DNA of 12,325 nt. It comes from an archaeon (GTDB taxonomy: Archaea; Iainarchaeota; Iainarchaeia; Iainarchaeales; Iainarchaeaceae). The notes under the pieces are model-generated. The model ran no database searches and had not been told where the DNA came from. It saw only the letters and a list, made by a program, of their open reading frames with translations. Location of the stretch: contig DATDXA010000002.1 of the NCBI GenBank assembly GCA_035289485.1, positions 1 through 12,325 on the forward strand, written 5' to 3'. How positions within the stretch are numbered: position 1 is the stretch's first letter; the number at the start of each line of letters is the position of its first letter. Below are positions 1 through 7,123 of this stretch, one piece after another. The translations under genes were made by a program, and so were the position numbers.

Positions 1-284
1 AGGAGCACTGAGTACGAGAGGAACGGTGCCTCGTGGCCACTAGTGAACCAGTTGTCCGACAGGGCAAACGCTGGGTAGCCACGCCATAGCTTATAAGAGC
101 TGAAAGCATCTAAGCTCGAAGAAGCCCCTGAAAATAGACACTCATTCCCGAAACTTCGCACGTAAAACTGCGAAGGCTAGGGACGAGGGCTCCGGCAAAA
201 GACCGGTTCGATAGGTCAGTTGTGTAAGCATCAAGCTTAGGCGAGATGTTAAGCTTACTGATACTAAAAGCCCAAGAGGGCTCC
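1..284 (+). rRNA. rrl: 23S rRNA, 3' terminal part (domain VI), archaeal type; 5'-truncated by window, 3' end approximate
   Basis: Sarcin-ricin loop AGTACGAGAGGAAC at 11-24, universal GCTGAAAGCATCTAAG at 99-114, and downstream GATAGG...GTGTAAG...TACTAA motifs. Archaeal-style GTTGTCCGACAGGGC and extended H101. Confidence 0.97.
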
Positions 285-288
285 ATAA

Positions 289-389
289 GTCGGGTTTCAT
301 ACCGACCCTTTTCTTTTCGTTACACGAAAAGAAAAGCGTCGACGGAAAAGAAAAGTGTTAAGCGGAAACGCGCATTTTTCTTTTCCGTC
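289..389 (+). repeat. Three consecutive inverted repeats/hairpins in the 23S 3' trailer
   Basis: GTCGG/CCGAC (289-293/302-306); perfect 13-bp CTTTTCTTTTCGT/ACGAAAAGAAAAG (308-320/324-336); perfect 14-bp GACGGAAAAGAAAA/TTTTCTTTTCCGTC (341-354/376-389), capped by an inner GCG-GAAA-CGC tetraloop. Confidence 0.85.
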
Positions 390-457
390 TAATGCACGAC
401 ATACAAATTTTTTAGTCTACCACATTCATTTTGCAATTGAGACAGCGTAAGCTCCGC

Positions 458-1045
458 TTACGTTTTGAGCCTGTTCATTTCGGAGAATCCGCAAATTTCT
501 TCATGTGAAAGGCCCTTCTCGCGCAGCTTTGCATAAATCTTTTCCATTGCCTCGGCGAACTCGCGCATTTCATCGTTCCTGTTCATCAGCCCGATTTCCA
601 TTTCACGCCTTTGTCTTGCCATTTCGTTGTTGCCGGTGTCTTTAAACTCGGCTAGGTGCAGCCCAAAAGCCCTATTGAGCTCTGCTACTCTGTGAGTGCT
701 GAGCCCCGCTGCGGCAATGGCCTCTTCCACCTCTGCTTTCAGCCTGACTTTTCCATAAAATATTGTTCCAGGGAGCCTTTGGTAGAGTGTGTTGAAATTT
801 TCTATGCGCTGCACATATGTGGCTCTCTCTGCTTGTGCAGCTCGATGGATTATTGCGGCTTTTTGTGCAGTTGCAGCTTGCTCCGCGTTTGCAGATTTTT
901 TCTCCCTTACTTCAACCCTTATGCCGATTCTCGCGGAAAGATTCCTCAGGCGCTCGCGGATGCCAAAGAGGCCACCGCGCGGCCTTTGCACGGGTGAAAA
1001 TTTTCCAACTGGTTTATGTTGCATGTCTACCTTTATGTTCTTCAT
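458..1045 (-). CDS. Hypothetical protein (195 aa), basic N-terminal region followed by a mostly helical/coiled-coil body
   Basis: Long ORF filling the gap between 23S and RNase P RNA, with natural amino-acid composition. TTTATTT box (minus strand, 1070-1076) lies 24 nt upstream of the ATG. No recognisable family motif. Confidence 0.8.
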   Translation of the reverse strand: MKNIKVDMQHKPVGKFSPVQRPRGGLFGIRERLRNLSARIGIRVEVREKKSANAEQAATAQKAAIIHRAAQAERATYVQRIENFNTLYQRLPGTIFYGKVRLKAEVEEAIAAAGLSTHRVAELNRAFGLHLAEFKDTGNNEMARQRREMEIGLMNRNDEMREFAEAMEKIYAKLREKGLSHEEICGFSEMNRLKT

Positions 1046-1131
1046 GGTTTATCTTTTTTTGCATGCGTCAAATAAACTCTTGCCAGTTAACCTTCCGTTA
1101 CCTTAAAAAACTCCGCAATAGCCTATTTAGT

Positions 1132-1403
1132 TGGGTAGCAGGCGATCGGCTGTCGGTAATCCTGAGAAATCGGGATGGCTGAGGAAAGTCCGCCCACACG
1201 CGAAACATGTGCATCGAGAGATGGCCTGGAAGAACAGAAACGAAACCCATTCAGTTGGGATGAAACGCGCTTCCAGAGTGTGCAACTGCTTTGCGCAGGC
1301 TTAGTCGAATGCCGGTGAGGCCATTTCCCTCAAACGGGAAGAAATCCTTGAATTGGTGGATTTTAAAGGCCGGAACAGAAGGCGGCTTACGTCCTGCTGC
1401 CCA
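1132..1403 (+). ncRNA. rnpB: Archaeal RNase P RNA (compact variant, 272 nt)
   Basis: P1 termini TGGGTAGCAGG/CCTGCTGCCCA; CR-I GAGGAAAGTCCGCC (1181-1194); ACAGAAAC and TGAAAC S-domain motifs; P2 TCGGCTG/TAGTCGA; CR-V AACAGAAGGCGGCTTA (1374-1389). TTAAAAAA box at 1103-1110 and a T-run right after the 3' end. Confidence 0.96.
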
Positions 1404-1452
1404 TTTTTTCTTTAAGATAATTTTATTAACTTCGGCACCTTATTTTCTGTAA

Positions 1453-1626
1453 ATGCCCGAGCACAGTCAAACTCCTGATGAATTTCGCGCCGCTCTTAAA
1501 AGGCGTGGCATAAAAATATCAGAGTCAGAGGCAATGGCTATATGGACTAGCCGCAAGCGCCTTGGCAATAAAATCCCGTTAGTCAGAAAAAACCTTACGC
1601 GCCTGCGCGGCAGGCACGGGCACTGA
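1453..1626 (+). CDS. Small basic hypothetical protein (57 aa), not in the supplied ORF track
   Basis: Translated by hand: MPEHSQTPDEFRAALKRRGIKISESEAMAIWTSRKRLGNKIPLVRKNLTRLRGRHGH. TTTATTAA box at 1422-1429 lies 23 nt upstream; a hairpin and T-run follow the stop. Confidence 0.7.
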   Translation: MPEHSQTPDEFRAALKRRGIKISESEAMAIWTSRKRLGNKIPLVRKNLTRLRGRHGH

Positions 1627-1630
1627 ACGG

Positions 1631-1658
1631 GCATTTTAAGCTTCTTTAAATGCTTTTT
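1631..1658 (+). terminator. Putative terminator (weak hairpin followed by T5)
   Basis: GCATTTtAAG-ctt-CTTtAAATGC followed by TTTTT, 4 nt after the stop of the 57-aa ORF. Confidence 0.4.
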
Positions 1659-1677
1659 AGGAATAAGGTTTATTCTA

Positions 1678-1684
1678 TTATAAA
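1678..1684 (+). promoter_or_regulatory. Archaeal TATA box for alaS (leaderless-type spacing)
   Basis: TTATAAA 23 nt upstream of the ATG at 1708; no Shine-Dalgarno. Confidence 0.6.
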
Positions 1685-1707
1685 CATTTACCCATTCTCT
1701 TATTTCC

Positions 1708-3540
1708 ATGAAGTCAGGCAAAGCTTCCGGTGGTGCCAGCAAAATTTCAAGCGCGGAACTCCGCGAGAAATACCTGCGCTTTTTTGAAAAGCACGCGCAC
1801 AAGAGAATTCCAAGCGCTTCGCTAATTCCTGAAAATGATCCAACCGTTCTATTTACGACCGCAGGGATGCATCCGCTTGTTCCGTACCTGCTCGGCGAAT
1901 CACACCCTTTGGGAAAGCGGCTTTGCGATGTGCAAAAATGCATCCGCACAGGAGACATTGACGAAGTCGGAGACAACTGGCATCTGAGCTTTTTCGAGAT
2001 GCTCGGCAACTGGTCACTTGGGGATTATTTCAAAAAAGAGGCAATTGCATTCAGCTTTGAATTCCTGACAAAAGAATTGGGCATTCCAAAAGAGCGCCTA
2101 AGCGTTACTTGTTTTGCAGGAGATAAGGATGCGCCGCGCGATGAGGAAGCGGCAAAAGCTTGGGAAGCGCAAGGAATTCCCAAAAGCAGGATTCATTTTT
2201 TGCCAAAGAGTGATAATTGGTGGGGCCCTGCTGGGCTCACTGGCCCATGCGGGCCTGATACTGAAATGTTTTACCACGTGAAGGATGTGCAAGAGAAGAG
2301 CACGCAAGATTTCCTAAAACTCTGCAAGGAAGGAGCGTTCTGCGAAATATGGAACGATGTTCTAATGCAGTACAACAAAAACGCCGAAGGAAAATATGTT
2401 GAAAGCAGGCAAAAAAACATCGACACAGGAATGGGAGTTGAAAGGACTGTTTCTGTATTGAACGGCTTTGACAATGTGTATGAATGCGACACGCTAAAGC
2501 CGATTATTGAAAAAGTAAAATCGTTTGCGGGCACAAATCAAAATTCCAAATCAGGTGAGCGCAGCGCGAGAATAATTACAGACCATTTGCGCGCCGCGGT
2601 GATGATTCTTGGCGATGGCAAGGGCGTTGTTCCAGGAAATGTCGATCAAGGTTATGTGCTGCGCAAATTCATCAGAAGGGCGATCAGGCACGCGCGGCTT
2701 CTTGGCATTTCCGGAAAGTTTTGCAACGAAGTTGCCAAAGTAATTGTTGATGTTATGGGCGAAGCGTATCCGGAAGTTCGCAAAAATAGCGCGCGCGTTT
2801 TTTTCGAGCTTGAAAAAGAGGAGGAAAAGTTCTCGGCAGCGCTTGAGAATGGGCTAAAAGCTCTTGAAAAGAAGCTCTCCGCGCTTGGCGGCGCAGCAGG
2901 AAAGCAGCTTTCCGCAAAAGATGCCTTCGATGTCTACCAAAGCTACGGTTTCCCGCTTGAAATGATTCAGGAAATCTGTGCTGAGAAGGGCAACACCATA
3001 GATTCAAAAGGATTTGATTCTCTTTTGCAGCAGCACCAGGAACTCTCGCGCAAGGGCGCTGAGCAGAAGTTCAAGGGCGGACTTGCAGACCATAGCGAGC
3101 AGACAACAAAGCTTCACACCGCAACGCATCTTCTCAATGAAGCCCTGCGCCAAGTTGTCGATAAGGGAATTTACCAAAAAGGCTCGAACATAACTCCAGA
3201 GCGCCTGCGCTTTGATTTCAATTTTGCAGAAAAGCTCACTGATGAACAGGTGAAAAAAGTTGAGGATTGGGTTAACGCCGCGATAAAAGCAGAAGCTGAT
3301 GTTTCAATGGAAATAATGAATCTTACGGATGCGAAAAAACTCGGGGCGCAGGGGCTTTTTGAGGATAAATACGGCGAGCAGGTGAAGGTTTACACCGTGC
3401 ACAAAGGTACAAAAGTATTTTCGCGCGAGCTCTGCGGAGGGCCGCACGTGAAAAACACGCGCGAACTTGGAAAATTTAAAATTACAAAGCAGGAGCCGGT
3501 TGCGGCGGGCATTAGAAGGATAAAAGCCGTAGTTGAATGA
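1708..3540 (+). CDS. alaS: Alanine--tRNA ligase, short bacterial-type form (610 aa) lacking C-Ala
   Basis: DPTVLFTTAGM, QKCIRTGD, FFEMLGNWS, EIWN, IDTGMGVER and GYVLRKFIRRAIR motifs. Editing motifs HTATH and ELCGGPHV. Ends at GIRRIKAVVE. Confidence 0.98.
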   Translation: MKSGKASGGASKISSAELREKYLRFFEKHAHKRIPSASLIPENDPTVLFTTAGMHPLVPYLLGESHPLGKRLCDVQKCIRTGDIDEVGDNWHLSFFEMLGNWSLGDYFKKEAIAFSFEFLTKELGIPKERLSVTCFAGDKDAPRDEEAAKAWEAQGIPKSRIHFLPKSDNWWGPAGLTGPCGPDTEMFYHVKDVQEKSTQDFLKLCKEGAFCEIWNDVLMQYNKNAEGKYVESRQKNIDTGMGVERTVSVLNGFDNVYECDTLKPIIEKVKSFAGTNQNSKSGERSARIITDHLRAAVMILGDGKGVVPGNVDQGYVLRKFIRRAIRHARLLGISGKFCNEVAKVIVDVMGEAYPEVRKNSARVFFELEKEEEKFSAALENGLKALEKKLSALGGAAGKQLSAKDAFDVYQSYGFPLEMIQEICAEKGNTIDSKGFDSLLQQHQELSRKGAEQKFKGGLADHSEQTTKLHTATHLLNEALRQVVDKGIYQKGSNITPERLRFDFNFAEKLTDEQVKKVEDWVNAAIKAEADVSMEIMNLTDAKKLGAQGLFEDKYGEQVKVYTVHKGTKVFSRELCGGPHVKNTRELGKFKITKQEPVAAGIRRIKAVVE

Positions 3541-3546
3541 ACTTTT

Positions 3547-3822
3547 TTAGAAAAATCCTGTGCCTTCGCCATACTTTTTTCTAAGAGTTGCCCTCACTGC
3601 CTTCAGTTCCGGGCCAATTGTCTTGTAAGTGCCGCGCGTTTTGAGCATTTTCATTAACTGGAAATATCGTGCGACGTCCCTGTCTTTTTGCACTATTTTG
3701 CTCATTTTTTCCCTTTTTCGCCTGATTGCATCCGCACTTGCAGCTGCCCGGCCTTTTTGCGTGCCGCGGCTTTTGAGAATGGAAGTGTGCAGTGCAATGC
3801 CTCTTTGGTGCCTTTGGTGCAT
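3547..3822 (-). CDS. Small, highly basic hypothetical protein (91 aa)
   Basis: ATG start, convergent with the alaS stop across a 6-nt gap. TTTATTAA box (minus strand, 3845-3852) lies 22 nt upstream. Confidence 0.7.
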   Translation of the reverse strand: MHQRHQRGIALHTSILKSRGTQKGRAAASADAIRRKREKMSKIVQKDRDVARYFQLMKMLKTRGTYKTIGPELKAVRATLRKKYGEGTGFF

Positions 3823-3861
3823 TGTATCACTTTCGTTTGTTTTGTTAATAAACCCGCTTTC

Positions 3862-4332
3862 CTATTCCGGGTTTTTTATAGTTATTATGCCTTCTCTTTC
3901 TAATCTATCAAAAATCAATGAAACGTCTTCCCTGCCAAAAGGTTTTGGATTATTGCCGCCTTTGGCATACCTAGTGTAAGTCAAATCCGGTTTTTTTAAT
4001 ATATTGCGTTTTCTCAGTTCATCATATACTTTTTCTTTTGCATTCTTCGCTCCTACAATTCTCTTGCTGCTAATGAAATCAACCATGGCAACTGCCATTT
4101 CATAAAAAACGCTTTTTTTGCCGATGCCTCTGATTTTGCCTTCTTTTAGCGAACTAATCTTATCCTTGTTTACTCCGACTTTAAGCTTTACAAATTGGTT
4201 GGAAACCCTTGCATCATTTCTGGCAGCTTTGCCTCGCCGTTTGGCCGCCCATACTTCCTGCCAACTAACTCCCTGTGCAAGCCTGCCGCCATGACCAACA
4301 GTTGATCTTGAAAACAATCCGAATCTTCCCAT
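3862..4332 (-). CDS. Basic hypothetical protein (156 aa from ATG 4332; alternative start 4338)
   Basis: Lys/Arg-rich ORF divergent from leuS. TTTTATAA box (minus strand, 4356-4363) lies 23 nt upstream of the second ATG. Confidence 0.75.
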   Translation of the reverse strand: MGRFGLFSRSTVGHGGRLAQGVSWQEVWAAKRRGKAARNDARVSNQFVKLKVGVNKDKISSLKEGKIRGIGKKSVFYEMAVAMVDFISSKRIVGAKNAKEKVYDELRKRNILKKPDLTYTRYAKGGNNPKPFGREDVSLIFDRLEREGIITIKNPE

Positions 4333-4384
4333 AGTCATTAAATTATGGATTAGTCTTATAAAATTCTTTCCGTTTACATCTTCA

Positions 4385-4397
4385 AAACCCTTTAAAA
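4385..4397 (+). promoter_or_regulatory. BRE/TATA-like promoter for leuS
   Basis: AAACCC-TTTAAAA ending 24 nt upstream of the ATG at 4422, back-to-back with the minus-strand TATA at 4356-4363. Confidence 0.6.
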
Positions 4398-4421
4398 CCG
4401 TTACAATCGAAGAATATTCCT

Positions 4422-7106
4422 ATGCCCGCAAGCCTTAACGATATTGCCAAAAAATGGCAGAAGAAGTGGGCTTCCAAGAAGGTTTTCAGCGCAAAGCCCT
4501 CAAAATCCAAAAAGAAGTATTATGTCCTGGAAATGTTCCCATATCCATCCGGAAAGCTGCACATGGGGCATGTGAGAAACTATTCAATTGGTGATTGCAT
4601 AGCCCGCTTCCGCAGGATGCAGGGCTACAATGTGATTTATCCAATAGGGTTCGATGCCTTCGGCCTTCCTGCGGAAAACGCCGCAATTGAAAACAAGGCA
4701 GATCCAAAAGAGTGGACAATGAAGCGCATTGCGGATATGGAAGTGCAGATGCGTGATATGGGGTTTAGCTATGATTGGGCGCGGGAAGTGATCACCTGCC
4801 TTCCGGAGTATTACAAGTGGAACCAGTGGTTTTTCCTAAAAATGCTAAAGAAAGGGCTCGCTTACAAGAAGGCTGCAAAAGTGAACTGGTGCGACAAATG
4901 CCACACCGTGCTTGCAAATGAGCAGGTCATTGACGGGAAATGCTGGAGGCATAAGAATCAGGAAGTTTATCAAAAGGATTTGGAGCAGTGGTTTCTCAAA
5001 ATCACTCATTACGCGGATGAACTTCTTGCTGATTTGGACAAGCTTGGTGGCTGGCCAGAGCGCGTTCGCACAATGCAAAAGAACTGGATTGGCAAAAGTT
5101 CAGGAGTAAATATTTTCTTCAGGTTAAAGGATTCGAAAATGGTTCTGCCAGCTTACACAACCCGCTGCGATACGATTTTCAGTGTCACCTTCATTGCAAT
5201 AGCGCCGGAAAACCCGTTAGTTCTGGATTTGGTGAAGGGAACTGATTTCGAGGCCGGTGCAAAGGCGTTCATTGCAGATGTTGCAAAGCAGACAGTAATC
5301 GACCGCGAGAATGAGGACAAGGAAAAGGAAGGCTTCTTTTTAGGCAAATACGCAATCAACCCCGTGAACGGGGAGGAAATCCCTATTTTCATTTCAAATT
5401 TTGCGCTCATGTACGGAACCGGCATTGTTATGTGCGATGCGCATGACAAGCGCGACTTCAAATTTGCCAAAAAATATGATTTGCCGCTCAAGTTTGTGAT
5501 AAGCAAGGATGGAAAGCCGGTTGATGCCAATACGGCACAGGGTGCCTCCACGGACAACGGTGTGCTGTTCAACTCCGGGCAATTCAGCGGCATGAATAAT
5601 CTCGAAGCGCTTCCCAAAATGGCGGACTGGATTGCAAAAAGCAGCCATGGGGAGAAAAAAACAAATTACAAGCTCCGTGACTGGCTCATATCAAGGCAGC
5701 GCTTTTGGGGCACACCAATACCGATAATTTACTGTGATGATTGCGGCGCAGTTCCAGTTCCTGAAAAAGATTTGCCAGTTGAGCTTCCAGACCCAAAGAA
5801 GACGGATTTCACTGATGCTGGCAACCCTCTTGCAACGGTAAAAGAATTTGTGAATGTCAAGTGCCCAAAATGCAAAAAGGCGGCGCGCCGAGAAACCGAC
5901 ACCATGGACACTTTTGTTGACAGCTCCTGGTACTATTTGCGTTACTGCTCTGCGCAGGAAAAGAAAGTTCCGTTTGACAAAAAAGAGGCTATGTATTGGT
6001 CTCCTGTAAACCAGTACATTGGCGGCATCGAGCACGCGATTTTGCATTTGCTATACTCGCGGTTTTTTTACAAGGTGCTGCGAGATGAGGGCTTAGTTGA
6101 TTATGATGAACCCTTCGAACGCCTGCTTTCACAGGGGATGGTTCTAAAGGACGGAACCAAGATGTCAAAGTCGCTTGGTAATATTGTCGATCCAAGCGGC
6201 ATTGTGGAAAATTATGGCCCGGATACTGTAAGGGTTTTCATGCTCGGCGCTTCGCTTCCAGAAAGCGAGATGGACTGGAGTGAAAAGGGCGTTGAGGGGT
6301 GGCACAGATTCTTAGTCAAAACCCTTTCAATGTTTGAATCTTCAGGGAAATCAAAGCCCACTATTCCAAAGAAGAAATCTATGCCTGATCGGATACTTCT
6401 TGCAAAAACAAATTCCGCAATACGCCGCGTTTCAGAAGACATTGATTCCTATCGCTTCAATTATGCGATTTCTGCGATTGTAGATTTGGTGAATGCGCTT
6501 CAAAAGTACGAGGATGCGGACAAGGGCGTGAAAGCTTACGCGCTTCACGCTATTGCAAAGATGATTGCCCCGTTCGCTCCGCATCTTGCAGAAGAGGCAT
6601 GGTCTATTTTGGGCGGAAAAGGGCTTGTTGCGGTTGAGAAATGGCCAACAGTTGACAAGAAACTAGCTGATCCTGAAGCAGAAGCCACCGAAGGAATGGT
6701 AGAATCAATCAAACACGACGTTGCCCAAATAAAGCTGCTTGCAAAAATAGAGTCGCCAAAGAAGATAACCATTTTTTCTGCGCCGAAATGGAAATGGAAT
6801 GCACTCAAGTCCCTAACTTCAAGCGGGCAGGTTCCGGAGTTTTCCGCTGCGATGAAATCCATCATGGCTACTGAAGAAGCAAGAAAGCACGGGGCAGAAG
6901 CGCAGGGTTTTGTAAAAGCTGTTGTGCAGAAGTTCCATGAAGTTAAAAATTTTGTGCAGGTTGATGAGTTCAGGCTTCTTTCAGAGGCAAAAGGCTTGCT
7001 TGAGCGTGAATTAGGGTGCTTCGTTGAAGTGCTTGATGCGGATAAATCAAGTTCTGAAAAAGCGAAAAAGGCTTTCCCATTAAAGCCCGCGATTTTGGTT
7101 GAGTGA
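4422..7106 (+). CDS. leuS: Leucine--tRNA ligase (894 aa), bacterial-type core with archaeal-type C-terminal domain
   Basis: [26 protein letters not shown], TTRxDT editing motif, [47 protein letters not shown] and KMSKS. C-terminus [13 protein letters not shown]. Confidence 0.98.
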   Translation: MPASLNDIAKKWQKKWASKKVFSAKPSKSKKKYYVLEMFPYPSGKLHMGHVRNYSIGDCIARFRRMQGYNVIYPIGFDAFGLPAENAAIENKADPKEWTMKRIADMEVQMRDMGFSYDWAREVITCLPEYYKWNQWFFLKMLKKGLAYKKAAKVNWCDKCHTVLANEQVIDGKCWRHKNQEVYQKDLEQWFLKITHYADELLADLDKLGGWPERVRTMQKNWIGKSSGVNIFFRLKDSKMVLPAYTTRCDTIFSVTFIAIAPENPLVLDLVKGTDFEAGAKAFIADVAKQTVIDRENEDKEKEGFFLGKYAINPVNGEEIPIFISNFALMYGTGIVMCDAHDKRDFKFAKKYDLPLKFVISKDGKPVDANTAQGASTDNGVLFNSGQFSGMNNLEALPKMADWIAKSSHGEKKTNYKLRDWLISRQRFWGTPIPIIYCDDCGAVPVPEKDLPVELPDPKKTDFTDAGNPLATVKEFVNVKCPKCKKAARRETDTMDTFVDSSWYYLRYCSAQEKKVPFDKKEAMYWSPVNQYIGGIEHAILHLLYSRFFYKVLRDEGLVDYDEPFERLLSQGMVLKDGTKMSKSLGNIVDPSGIVENYGPDTVRVFMLGASLPESEMDWSEKGVEGWHRFLVKTLSMFESSGKSKPTIPKKKSMPDRILLAKTNSAIRRVSEDIDSYRFNYAISAIVDLVNALQKYEDADKGVKAYALHAIAKMIAPFAPHLAEEAWSILGGKGLVAVEKWPTVDKKLADPEAEATEGMVESIKHDVAQIKLLAKIESPKKITIFSAPKWKWNALKSLTSSGQVPEFSAAMKSIMATEEARKHGAEAQGFVKAVVQKFHEVKNFVQVDEFRLLSEAKGLLERELGCFVEVLDADKSSSEKAKKAFPLKPAILVE

Positions 7107-7123
7107 ATAATTTTATTTTTCAG

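Noticed and set aside
289..420. 5S rRNA, tRNA or CRISPR array after the 23S
   Set aside because: No 5S conserved motifs or cloverleaf; the repeats are inverted low-complexity arms without spacers.
656..1182. Plus-strand ORFs 656-997, 789-1106 and 817-1182
   Set aside because: Antisense shadows of the 458-1045 gene with Cys/Phe-rich unnatural composition; one runs into rnpB.
1467..2009. 180-aa minus-strand ORF
   Set aside because: Overlaps alaS and the 57-aa ORF in antisense; no motif or promoter support.
3803..3820. 9-bp tandem repeat encoding HQRHQR
   Set aside because: Only two copies; consistent with trivial local duplication.
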